A DNA stretch of 64,000 nt from assembly GCA_001002285.1 (NCBI GenBank), contig LCLX01000003.1:2560-66559 (forward strand), read 5' to 3'. The stretch's first letter is position 1. Every line of letters begins with the position of its first letter. Source of the stretch: Microgenomates group bacterium GW2011_GWC1_46_15. GTDB taxonomy: Bacteria > Patescibacteriota > Microgenomatia > UBA1400 > UBA12028. A model generated the notes under the pieces. It ran no database searches. It was not told where the DNA came from and saw nothing but the letters and a program-made list of their open reading frames with translations. Positions 18,434 to 29,300 of the stretch are shown here, in pieces. Position numbers and translations under genes: made by a program.

Positions 18434-19495
18434 ATGAAAAAAATCCTGCCCATCATCCTCCCGCTTTTGCTTGTCGTCTTTTTGATTGGATCGCGCCATT
18501 CATTTTCATTCGCCGCGGATAATACTCAACCGTCGCCAGAGATAAATCTGGCCGATTTTAACAGTGTTGTACTCATGGCTATTCCCCCACGCACCGAGAA
18601 TCTACACGCAAAACCTGGCGAAACAATCCAAACAACCGTGCGGCTCCGCAATGTTTCCCAGCAAACACAGCGCATCGTTACAGAAACTACCGATTACGTG
18701 ATCGGCGCAGATGGCAAAACGCCCGTGCCAATTACCCAACAAGAAGCCGCTCCGCTCCGGTGGAGTTTGGCATCGTGGATGACTGTTTCCCCCACACAAA
18801 CAACGCTCGCACCCAATCAAATCGGCCAGTTTGATGTTGTGATTCAAGTACCAAAAAACGCACTGCCCGGCGGGCATTACGCGGTCATTCTGCACACCGT
18901 TGCCAACGGACAAAACGGTGGGAAAAACGGACAACCCATCCAAACTCAGGGCACTTCCGCAGTCAGTCCCAAAGTTGGTACGCTTGTGTATGTAACAGTT
19001 GAAGGAGATATCCACGAAGAAGCGTTTATCCGTAGTTTCACCGCTCCAAGCTGGGTTGAGTTTGGACCGGTTCCTTTTACATACAAAGTGGAGAATCTCT
19101 CTGATGTTCATATCACACCACAAGCGTCAATCGTGGTAAAAAATCTATTTGGCGGAGTTGTAGACACGATTGCTGTTGAGCAACTCAACATTTTTCCGTA
19201 CTCCACGCGCGAGTTCACCACAACGTTGGATAAAATATGGGGGTTCGGACCGTACCGTGCATTCTTGACTGTTCCATATGGCACCAGTGGGAAAATGGTC
19301 CGCGCTTCACTCATGTTCTGGATGATTCCATATAAGCTGATTCTTGCCGCACTTGTTGTTCTGGCAGCTCTGCTTGCAATTGGAATCGCAGTACGCCGGC
19401 ACATTGAACACCGCAATAACCTCAGCACAAAACGCATTGAAGTGCTCGAAGAACGTATTAAGGAACTCGAAAACGAAAAACTCAGTGAAAAATAG
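18434..19495 (+). CDS. signal peptide + C-terminal TM-anchored surface protein, paralog B2
   Basis: 353 aa. Same architecture as B1: N-terminal beta-sandwich-like segment (...IPPRTENLHAKPGETIQTTVRLRNVSQQTQRIV...), C-terminal TM helix then a charged coiled tail. Confidence 0.55.
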   Translation: MKKILPIILPLLLVVFLIGSRHSFSFAADNTQPSPEINLADFNSVVLMAIPPRTENLHAKPGETIQTTVRLRNVSQQTQRIVTETTDYVIGADGKTPVPITQQEAAPLRWSLASWMTVSPTQTTLAPNQIGQFDVVIQVPKNALPGGHYAVILHTVANGQNGGKNGQPIQTQGTSAVSPKVGTLVYVTVEGDIHEEAFIRSFTAPSWVEFGPVPFTYKVENLSDVHITPQASIVVKNLFGGVVDTIAVEQLNIFPYSTREFTTTLDKIWGFGPYRAFLTVPYGTSGKMVRASLMFWMIPYKLILAALVVLAALLAIGIAVRRHIEHRNNLSTKRIEVLEERIKELENEKLSEK

Positions 19496-19522
19496 TTTGC
19501 GCGGCATCCTCCACAACCGTGT

Positions 19523-21601
19523 ATGATAAAACGTATGGCTCCTGCTCGATTCAGCCAGAGGGTTGTACTCGGAACAATTGTTGTGATTGTTTTGTTATTG
19601 CGCATGTGCGTATCGGGCGTGCGCGCCGGCATCAGTGATACCGGCGTTGCCAGCGACGAAACACTTTCTACAAACCCAAAAGCGCGGCAAACAAGCATCA
19701 CCGCTTCGGTCCGCGACCGCATTAATCCCACTACTCCCATTCTTGTTTCTCCGGAAAATAACAGTACAGTGGCGCAAAACATGTTTGGTTTTGTGTGGAA
19801 AGAAAGTACCGACGACTACGGCATCGCAAAGTATCAGTTGTATCTTGATGGCGTGTTACAGTTTGACAACATCAGCACAAGTAATCAGACCACCACACAG
19901 TTTACGCTTATCGTTTCTTCCGGCGTTCTCACGCTCACACCAAAAACAGCGCTCACTGATGGCGACCACACGTGGAAAATTACCGCGTTTGATGCGAATG
20001 GAAACACCGCCGACTCAGCAACGTGGAACTTTACGATTGATACCGTTGCGCCAGTTTTGATTGTGACTTCGATTGATGGACAAACGGTTTCTATTTCTGC
20101 CCAAGACACCTCAACTATTCCATCATCTACTATTATGTTGAGCCACAACGAACCCGAGGTGTTCGGAACGTCTGAAGCCAACGCGTCTATTACTCTTAGC
20201 ATTCGTTCTGGCTCAACGGTGATCGCAACGCTAGATACAACGGCAGATGGTGCTGGCGCGTGGTTCTTCACGCTTCCCGTTTTGCCAAGGGACACGCTCC
20301 TTTTACTTCAGGTTATTGCCAGAGATGCTGTGGGCAACATGAGCATGATTGATGGGATTCCTATGAAACTCCTCACTCCTTTTATTACACTCCCTGGACC
20401 ACTTCCGCCCATTCCGTTCATTCCTCCACAAGAAGCGGCTAAAGAAATTACACAACAGATTATTACATCGCTCTTTCCCCCTGCTACAGCAAAAGTTGTT
20501 ACCGAGGTGTTAGACACGATTACTCCCCTTGCAAACTCATTCCTTGGCCTTTTGCTCCCATTGGTACGGGTGTTGATTGGCCTTTCTTTGCTTGGCATTC
20601 CGTTTTTCACGCTTACGCCCGGGATTGTTGGTAGTGTTTTGCACGCCACGTATCTTTTGTTCCCATTTCTCCCATGGAGAAAAGGCGGCATTGTGTATGA
20701 CGAGGAAACACGCAAGGGAGTGCCGTTTGCTTTAGTGACGATATACTCGGTTGATCTTACTCAAGGAAAGCAGAATAGCGCTTCCCCCGCGCAATCTCAA
20801 AGCGTTATTGGTGTTGATCCTGATTTCCCTGGAAAACTGCGCCAATTCAAACAGGTTGTGAGCGATGGCGATGGGGTTTATCCGGAGGTTTTGTTGCCTA
20901 AAGGCGTCTATGTGCTCGCAGTGAGTCATGCTGATTACGCGTACGCACGCTCACTTGAGAAAGTCTCTGGCCTCAGTGGTAGCCCCGACATTAAAATTCG
21001 AGAGAAAGAAGCCGATGATACGGTTTGGAGCGGCGAACGCATTATTGTTTCTCAAGACAAAACTCTTCTGCGCGCGATGCTTCCTATGGTTCATATACAA
21101 AAGGCTCAAACTGTTGTTGGTGTTCTTGAACCTCCAAAACCAGGCATGTTGGGCTTGCGGTACACCATTGCCAAGCTTCCAAACTCGGTTGTTTTTACGT
21201 TTACCATCCTTATGATATTTCCACTTCTCCTTTCGCCCACTGTCTGGAATGCGCTCGTGATGGCAGTGTATCTTGTGGTAAGTAGCCGACGGTTTGCCCG
21301 AGGACACCGAACACCAAACCTGGTTGGAACCGTACTGGAAGAGAACAAGGCTTCTCCCGCAGCATTTGCCCTCGTTTCTGTTGTACAGAACACTCCAGCA
21401 GCGACTAGACCATCCAGGATGGGGACTGTTGTTGAGATTTGCCACACCGATGCGTTCGGAACATTCCAAACCCGTGTACGGCCGGGGTCGTATATGGTAA
21501 CAGCAATTGGTGCCCATGGGACAAACTCCGAAGTTATCGCCACCGAAGTTGTGCGGTCTGAGGGACGTGCGGTGGCTCTTGTCCTCCACCCATCTATGTA
21601 A
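19523..21601 (+). CDS. large membrane/surface protein (signal peptide, extracellular beta domains, internal 3-4 TM block, C-terminal domains)
   Basis: 692 aa. N-terminal signal/TM. The middle hydrophobic cluster (aa about 300-390) lies between predicted extracellular domains. The segment ...DGDGVYPEVLLPKGVYVLAVSHADY... resembles a carboxypeptidase-regulatory-like beta-sandwich. Last gene of the surface cluster. Confidence 0.5.
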   Translation: MIKRMAPARFSQRVVLGTIVVIVLLLRMCVSGVRAGISDTGVASDETLSTNPKARQTSITASVRDRINPTTPILVSPENNSTVAQNMFGFVWKESTDDYGIAKYQLYLDGVLQFDNISTSNQTTTQFTLIVSSGVLTLTPKTALTDGDHTWKITAFDANGNTADSATWNFTIDTVAPVLIVTSIDGQTVSISAQDTSTIPSSTIMLSHNEPEVFGTSEANASITLSIRSGSTVIATLDTTADGAGAWFFTLPVLPRDTLLLLQVIARDAVGNMSMIDGIPMKLLTPFITLPGPLPPIPFIPPQEAAKEITQQIITSLFPPATAKVVTEVLDTITPLANSFLGLLLPLVRVLIGLSLLGIPFFTLTPGIVGSVLHATYLLFPFLPWRKGGIVYDEETRKGVPFALVTIYSVDLTQGKQNSASPAQSQSVIGVDPDFPGKLRQFKQVVSDGDGVYPEVLLPKGVYVLAVSHADYAYARSLEKVSGLSGSPDIKIREKEADDTVWSGERIIVSQDKTLLRAMLPMVHIQKAQTVVGVLEPPKPGMLGLRYTIAKLPNSVVFTFTILMIFPLLLSPTVWNALVMAVYLVVSSRRFARGHRTPNLVGTVLEENKASPAAFALVSVVQNTPAATRPSRMGTVVEICHTDAFGTFQTRVRPGSYMVTAIGAHGTNSEVIATEVVRSEGRAVALVLHPSM

Positions 21602-21933
21602 CAAGCCGTTTTACGTCGATTGTGCGCGGTCGTTCATTCATACCTGATATTCCTCAAGTACCCCGCCGTTATTGGTCAGTATTACCGTATTCACGCATTA
21701 TTATTGCATTGTTATTTAAATACTTAAACATATCAATGAATATCAAATGCCTCCCATTTCTCGCAGATTTTTCGTGAATATCATCAGCTGAGGCAAATTT
21801 TTTTCATACATTGTTTCGTGTTTCCGCAGTGTTCTCCGGGATTATTGAGGGTGGGAACGAATACAATCTTTATATATCAATCTATATCACAAAAAATATG
21901 TACGGGGTAGATACGAACAAAAAGCGTAACCGC

Positions 21934-22788
21934 CTACTTTTCTTCCCGAGTGGCCAGGCTTGCACTAAGCGCGATATAGGTTGACCAGCACTTTTCTGCC
22001 TGGAAATCATCCGGAAGAAGCTGCGCGGGAAGACCGGGATCGGACTTTACCATCTGGTAGATATGTGTTGAGAGTAAAGAAAACTGGTGTTTTATGCTAT
22101 CGTTCAACTCGTTTTGCCGTTCAACCCCATGTAGCAGACTTACTGCTCGAGTGCGGAGTTTCGCATACTGTTTGGATAAAAAGTCCATATTCCAGCTCTG
22201 CCGGACAAACTCTTTCTCATCTCCAAAAAGAAACCTGCGTGTTTCCAGCCCAATCAACAACTTTAACTTCTTCGCCTTGGCCAATGTCGAGATCATGCGA
22301 TCATCTATCGGAAATGGCGTTGCGTACACACCCCGAGTGAGGGACATAAATCCCCAAGTGCTCAATGTTCCCCGCAAAGCACGGTACTCCTGAGAAAGAA
22401 TTGTTTTCTTTTCCTTGTCTAGATAACCATGGCCAAACTCGCGTACCCCGCGAAAGATGAGTACTCGCCAGCGCTCATCCCATTTTTTCTTCAGAAAGAC
22501 TGAGCGCGGGAACTGCGCAAGGACTGCTTCACGGCCAACAGAGGTGAGGCGCATGTGCGTACCCCCGCCGCGCTGAACCGTCGAAATTAGGCTTTCGCGC
22601 TGGAGCGTGGCAACAGCGCCACGGAGTGTTGATTGTGGAACATTTGGCAAGCGCCAAGAAAGCTGGGCATAGGTAAGGTATGGAAATACTGTGGAAGAAA
22701 AAACATCTGCTTCCTCTTGTTTTTTCGCAGTCGTGGCAAGGAAAAAAAGAACAAGATCGCGGGTTGAAGACATAGGATGATCATACAC
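21934..22788 (-). CDS. winged-helix transcriptional regulator-like protein (PaaX-like?), hypothetical
   Basis: 284 aa. The N-terminal wHTH-like segment and C-terminal helical domain resemble PaaX-family regulators. Weak assignment by pattern only. Confidence 0.3.
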   Translation of the reverse strand: MYDHPMSSTRDLVLFFLATTAKKQEEADVFSSTVFPYLTYAQLSWRLPNVPQSTLRGAVATLQRESLISTVQRGGGTHMRLTSVGREAVLAQFPRSVFLKKKWDERWRVLIFRGVREFGHGYLDKEKKTILSQEYRALRGTLSTWGFMSLTRGVYATPFPIDDRMISTLAKAKKLKLLIGLETRRFLFGDEKEFVRQSWNMDFLSKQYAKLRTRAVSLLHGVERQNELNDSIKHQFSLLSTHIYQMVKSDPGLPAQLLPDDFQAEKCWSTYIALSASLATREEK

Positions 22789-22791
22789 GAG

Positions 22792-22955
22792 AAAGATCGG
22801 GACTTAAAGGAAACTAAGGGTTGGGATTGATATACAAATCCCTTTTATACATTTTGGCAAGTTATACACACGATTTAGCGAACCCCCTATATGGGTAGAT
22901 CGGGACTTAGCCAAGAGCCGATTATGCTTACTCAAGTGACGAGTCCCGAACTTGT
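22792..22955 (+). repeat. composite palindromic intergenic repeat, copy 2
   Basis: GATCGGGACTTAAAGGAAACTAAGG ... CCCTATATGGGTAGATCGGGACTTAGCCAAGAGCCGATTATGCTTACTCAAGTGACGAGTCCCGAACTT. About 90% identical to copy 1 in parts A and B. Directly abuts the start codon of the minus-strand gene at 22788. Confidence 0.8.
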
Positions 22956-23273
22956 TATTCCCGCATCTTTTCACACAGAAACGATTCGGGTATTTCGTGG
23001 AGATACTCAACACATACTGCTTTTTCTTCGCACATTGCATAAGACATGTGGATATTTCTCAAGTGATTTTTATCTGTTTATAAATAAGGAAATGAAGAAC
23101 AAGAAAAACAAACAATACACAATGTGTTCAAAAAAGGTTGAAAACTCGAGATATCGCCCGCACTGCCTCCCTAGTTTTGATACATTCTGATACTTATATA
23201 TATCAGTGAAAAAAGAATTGTGAAATATAGATACCACAATCATCCGGATACTATATATGCCTGGAAATTTCCC

Positions 23274-23307
23274 CTTGACTGCGGTATCTGGAACTCCATA
23301 CAGTGAC
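23274..23307 (+). promoter_or_regulatory. candidate sigma70 promoter for the giant gene (TTGACT, 18 nt spacer, TACAGT)
   Basis: Sequence match only. An RBS-like GAGGAAAA lies 8-15 nt upstream of the ATG at 23391. Confidence 0.25.
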
Positions 23308-23390
23308 AACTATGACACACCAAAAAATCAACAGTATGACAAAAACACGCGCGTCTAATGTTATCTAATGCTTGAGGAAAATTAAAAACA

Positions 23391-26300
23391 ATGAGTCCTG
23401 CCGACATCAACTACTCACGACCTCAATTTTCCGTTCCGGAGCACGTTATCGCGCGTATTGAAGCGGTGCTTAAACAGTTTGCAGAATTTTTATTTGCTCA
23501 ACAGCTTTCAAAAAAATCAGTGACAAATTATCTTTCAGATGTTCGCGTGTTTTTAGAACACCGTTTGGCAAACAATCAGGCGTTTCAGGAACGCGCGGCA
23601 GAAAAAGACCTCAAGCAGTGGCTTTCTTCCCTTGAGCAGGATATTACAGCCTACAGGGCAGAACTCCTCGAGGAAGCCACCCCTCTCTCGACAATTAATC
23701 GGTACATGGCCTCATTCCGACAATTTGGCGCATTCCTTACTGCTGTCCACCAGATCAGCGCCTTCGGTCATTCTTCTGGCGAGTATCTTAAAAACATTTC
23801 ATTTTCCCCCGAGTCACACCTACATTCCTTGAGTGACCGACTGCTTCAGCAGTTCAAGTTGGCGCTCACCCATCGTGGTTGCTCAGACTCTACAATCAAG
23901 AATTATTGTGCTGATATGCACCAATACATGCAATGGCTAGGAGAAAAACCGGTTTTCCCAGATCAGATCAAACGGGGTGTTGCGGAATATTTGGGATTTT
24001 TGCGGAAAAAAGGTGCGTCGCGCGCAACAAAAGCACGTGCTCTCACCAGTTTAAAGCAGTTTTATCGATGGGCAAACGAGTCCCAGTACATCAAAAAGAA
24101 TCCTTTTGCATCAAAAATGGCAGAGGTTGGGACTTTCGTTAAAACTGCGTTTACTCCACTTGCCTTTTTTGAGAGGTTCCGAAAAGCGCCTCAGCAAACA
24201 CCTCAAGAAAAAGTTTCAGAAGAATCCTCTCGAAGACTCTCTCCAATCACCCAAGCCTACGACCGGTACACCCGTTGGCCGGTGAGTTCATATCTTCATC
24301 TGGCCATCTTAATCCTTTTTGTTACGTTGCTTGGTGTGTTCGGCTATCAACAGCTCTTTTTAAACGCCGAGAAAAAACTTGCGTTCCCCACCGCCCTCAC
24401 CCGCCCCAACCGCACTCTGTCTTTCCAGGGTCGTTTAACAGACAGCACAGGCCAAACACCAATCACAACTGCAACAAACTTTACATTCAAGCTTTTTGAC
24501 GCACTTACCGTTGGAAATCAGCTCTGGAACTCGGGAACCTGTAGCATCACGCCGGATCAGGACGGCGTATTTTCGACATTGCTCGGAAGCAGCTGTGGTG
24601 CGGAAATCGACAGTGGCGTGTTCAGCGAAAACCCCAACGTATACCTCGAGGTTACGGTGGTCGCGGAGACACTCACCCCAAGGCAACAAATCGCGACGGT
24701 TGGCTACGCATTAAATGCAGAAACACTTCAAGGCTACCCTGCCTCTGCCAGCGCAGTAGAAAACACGGTGCTCATCATGAACAACTCTGGTCAAGTGCTC
24801 TTGGGGAACGCTTCACCTGTGCTCCGTTCAAACTCCGGCACGTTTACAGTCCAGGGCAACGCGCTTACGCTCTCCACAAACACGGGAACGGCTGGCAACA
24901 TTTCGATTGCGCCCGATGGAGTGGGCCAGCTCAATCTCCTCGGTGGAACCACAACGCAGGATTTTATCAGTGTAACGAACGCAAACCTCACAACGGGAAA
25001 ACTGATAAACGGCACGGTCGGAAATAACAATACTGGATACAAATTTTTATCATTTACCGGGGGGTCTGTCCCATCTGAAAAGTTCTATGTGGGGGCACTT
25101 GGAAACGTGTATGCAGGCAACTCAATTTTTGCTCCGGTGGCTACAATCAGTGCAACAAATACCAGCGCTACACCGCTCATAATCAACGGAACTGGAGGAC
25201 AAATTTTCTCAATTGCGAATAGTGGAAACATGACTGGAGCAGGAACGCTTACAGGACTTACGGGATTAACATCGAGCGGCACAATCACATTCTCGGGGTT
25301 AAACACAGCGGGCGCAGTAGTGTACACGAACGGCTCGGGCGTACTGGGAGATACAGCACAAGGTGTGAGTGGGTACGTTCTCACCTCTGGTGGAGCGGGC
25401 ACGCCAACATGGCAAGATCCAGCGACACTTACCGGGGCAAACTATTGGCAGTTGAACAGCCAAGTGTTGGCACCAGGAAATACAACACTTGATCTTGCAG
25501 TTGGCGGAAACTCAACAGCGGCCGCACTGTTCCGCGTGTCCGGCACGCCAACAACTTCAGGCAATGGCGCGGTGTTGTCGTCTACCACACTCACAACCGG
25601 AAACCTCCTCAGTCTTTCATCAACCGCAACATCACTCACTTCCGGTAAGTTACTTTCACTCGACTGGTCGCCGGGAAGCGCGATCACAGCAACCGGTGAC
25701 TTGTTTAACATCAACATCGGCTCAAATGGAACCGTGGGAAATTTGCTGAACATCACGGATAACGGGTCGTCTCTTTTTTCCGTTTCAGAAACCGCGGTGA
25801 CGAGTAATTTACCAACGTCGTTTACCTCATCGGGTGATGTTTTAATCGCGTATGATCTGATTTTTACTAATCCAACCGCATCGTACATAAAATCTTCGGC
25901 ACCACTGTATTTGCAGGCTGGTGAAATGTTTAACTCCAGCGATCTCACGCTCCGCACGTTCAACAAAGGCAACGTGATTATAGACTCCGAGGTACTTGTT
26001 GCAAACTACGCCGCCACTGTTGCATCCCAGTTGGTTGTTGGAACAACAACTGCACCCGCGAACATTGGCGGGCTGTATCTCACAAACGCCACAACATATG
26101 GAAAAGCGTTGGCAATATTGAACCAAACCGAGTCGCAGGATATTTTTACCGCGTCGGCATCTTCGGTAGCAAAGTTCACAATTGCAAACAACGGCAACCT
26201 CACAGCAACAGGGACAATCACCGGACTGACCGGCATTACTTCAAGCGGAACGATTACGTTTAGCGGGCTTAACACCGCGGGCGCAGTGGCATACACAAAC

Positions 26301-29300
26301 GGCTCGGGTGTGCTGGGGGTGACGGCACAGGGCGTAAGCGGATATTTGCTGACCTCTGCCGGAGCAAGCACACCAACATGGACTGATCCTGTAACGGTTG
26401 GTACCAACTACTGGCAGTTAAACAACAAGGTGTTGGCACCGGGCAACACGACGTATGATTTGGCAATTGGCGGAAACTCGACGGCGGCGGCAAAGTTCCA
26501 GGTGTTTGGCGAAAGTGGGAATGCGACATCCACCGGTACGCTCACGTTTAACGGGGCAGCATTGGCTAACAATGTCATTGCGGCACGGCGCAATGTTGGA
26601 CTGCAGATTGGCGACACGTATACCGGAAACATTATTATTGATTCAAACAATTGGTTGAAACTCAATACAACAAACAACCAAGCGATTACCACAGGTACGG
26701 GTCTTATCACGTTGGCCGGCAATGTAGACGCAATCAACGGGTTGGACGTGACCACCGCGAACTTAACCGTGGGCGGTGCAAACTTTAGCGTTGCACCAGG
26801 AACCGGAAACATTACGACTGCCGGCGACCTGGCGCTCAACGGCGGCGATCTCACCTCTATCGCGACCACGTTTAACTTTGACATCGGCAACACTGGAGTG
26901 CTGAACTTCCGCGATGGGACAAACACGCTGTTTTCCATTACCGACGGTGGAACACAAGGCAACGCCAGTTCTTCGGGAAACCTTACTCTTGGCGGACAGT
27001 TCCAACTGGGACGATTCGCAACCGCACCTACGGGACTTGGAACAGGCGCGCTCTACTACGACACCACATCCAGTAACATCTTCTTTTACAACGGAAGTAC
27101 TTGGACAGCGGTAGGTTCGGGAAGTGGCGCAAGCTGGTGGAATCAGGCTACCGGCGCCCTGTATCCACTCAACTCCACCGTTGATATGTTGATTGGCGGA
27201 CAGGCAACAACAAGCGCAAAGTTTGCGTTCATCAACGTTAACAGTGGAAATCCAACGGCAAGTATTTCCGGGAACCTCGCGATTGCCGCTCCCGCAGGGG
27301 CAGATCCGGCAACAACATACGATGTTTTAAACGGCGGGACATATAACCTTCGCACATCCGTTGGTGGAGACTTGGGATTAACATCCAGATTGTTTATTAC
27401 AAACGGCGGAAATGTCGGAATCGGGACTGTCAATCCAACGTCATTTAAACTTCAAGTGGCTGGCGATACCGGTCCAAATGCGGATGCATCGTATGATCTT
27501 GGTTCAACTGCGCTCCAGTGGAAAAATATCTATCTCTCTGGTTCATTATGTTTCGACATGGCGGACTGCGCGACAAGTTGGGCAACCGTTGGAACAAACT
27601 ATTGGCAGTTGGACAATCTTGTACTTTCACCGGGGAATAGTACGCTCGATATCGCGGTGGGCGGGAGTGCGACAAGTTCGGCAAAGTTCCAGGTGTTTGG
27701 GGTTAGTGGAAACGCAACAACAACAGGAACGCTTACGTTTAATGGTGCAACGCTCGCCAATAATGTGATCGCGGCACGACGCAATGTGGGATTACAAATT
27801 GGGGGAGGAACAGAAACAGGAGACATTCTTCTTGACTCGAACACATTCCTCCGGTTAAACACAATCAATAACCAAGCGATCACCACGGGAACCGGGCAGA
27901 TGACCCTCGCCGGCAATGTGGACGCAATCAACGGGTTGGACGTGACCACCGCGAACTTAACCGTAGGCGGCGCAAACTTCAGTGTTGCACCGGCAACCGG
28001 CAACATTATTACTGCTGGTGATCTTGCACTCAACGGCGGCGATCTCACCTCTATCGCGACCACGTTTAATTTTGATATTGGGAATACCGGGGTGCTCAAC
28101 TTCCGCGATGGGACAAATACGCTTTTTGCGATCAACGATTACGGCACGCAAGGGTACGCAACATCGTCTGGTGACCTCGGCCTTGGCGGCCAGTTTCAAC
28201 TTGGGCGATTCTTTACAAACCCCACCACGATCGGCAAAGGAAGCCTTGTATACAACACCGCAACCGACTCTGTGTATTACTCTGATGGTTCAACATGGAA
28301 CCAATTTGCGAGTTACGCGGCCGCAACGGTGTGGACCGATGGTGGAACATACCTCTACCCAACAAACCGTGAGTCCGCGCGTATCTATGATGCTGGCGGC
28401 ACCGATTACATTGACATCGCACACGACGGCACAAATGTAGTTATTACAACCGCAAATACCACAAAAATCACGATTGACGCTGCGGTAGATCTGGCAAGTA
28501 CACTCAATGTTGGCGGCAACACGATTACATCTCCGGGAGATCTTTCGCTCAATGCAAGCGGAACAAAAGTCATTGTGTCGCCGGACTTACAGGTGAACGG
28601 TGGTGATATTCTCGGTGCCAGTGGTGAAACACGCATCACGCTTGTGGATGCGCTCAATCTCACAAACTTTAGCGGGAGCGTAGACATTAACGGAAGCTAC
28701 GCGGGTAACGACGGCTTTTTGACCGCCAACCGCACCGCAACGATCAGTTCGCTTATTGCAACCGACACCCCCCTTACGCTCCGCGACAACAACGCGATGA
28801 ATCTGCTCACCGTTGCAAACAGCGGGCTTATTACCGTGCGCACCGCAACGATTAGTTCACAGGCGGTGAATAGTCTGGATACGGTGGCATTCACGCTGAA
28901 TGCTGCGAACTCGCTCACAACCCAGGGAGCAAAACTTCTCTCTGTTCAAAACGCGACCATTGAGAAGTTCTATGTGGACAAAGACGGAAACATCTACGCG
29001 GCCGGAACAATTTTGGCGGGCAACGGCATGGGCATGCTCATGCAGAATAAAAGCGGTGGCACAGTGGCACAAAAAGCGATTGTGATCGTGGACACGTCAA
29101 ACAACTCCGCGTTCACGACTACCACAACGCCGTACAGCAAAGGGATGTACGGCATTATTACCGGCGTTGGGCTTGGAACAATAAACGATGCAAATAGTGA
29201 TGGAAACTGTGACGCCAATGATATCTGTATGGTGGCCGTGGGCGGCGAGGTGAATGTAACAATCAAAAATACGACAACGGTTGCCAAAGGCGACTATGTG

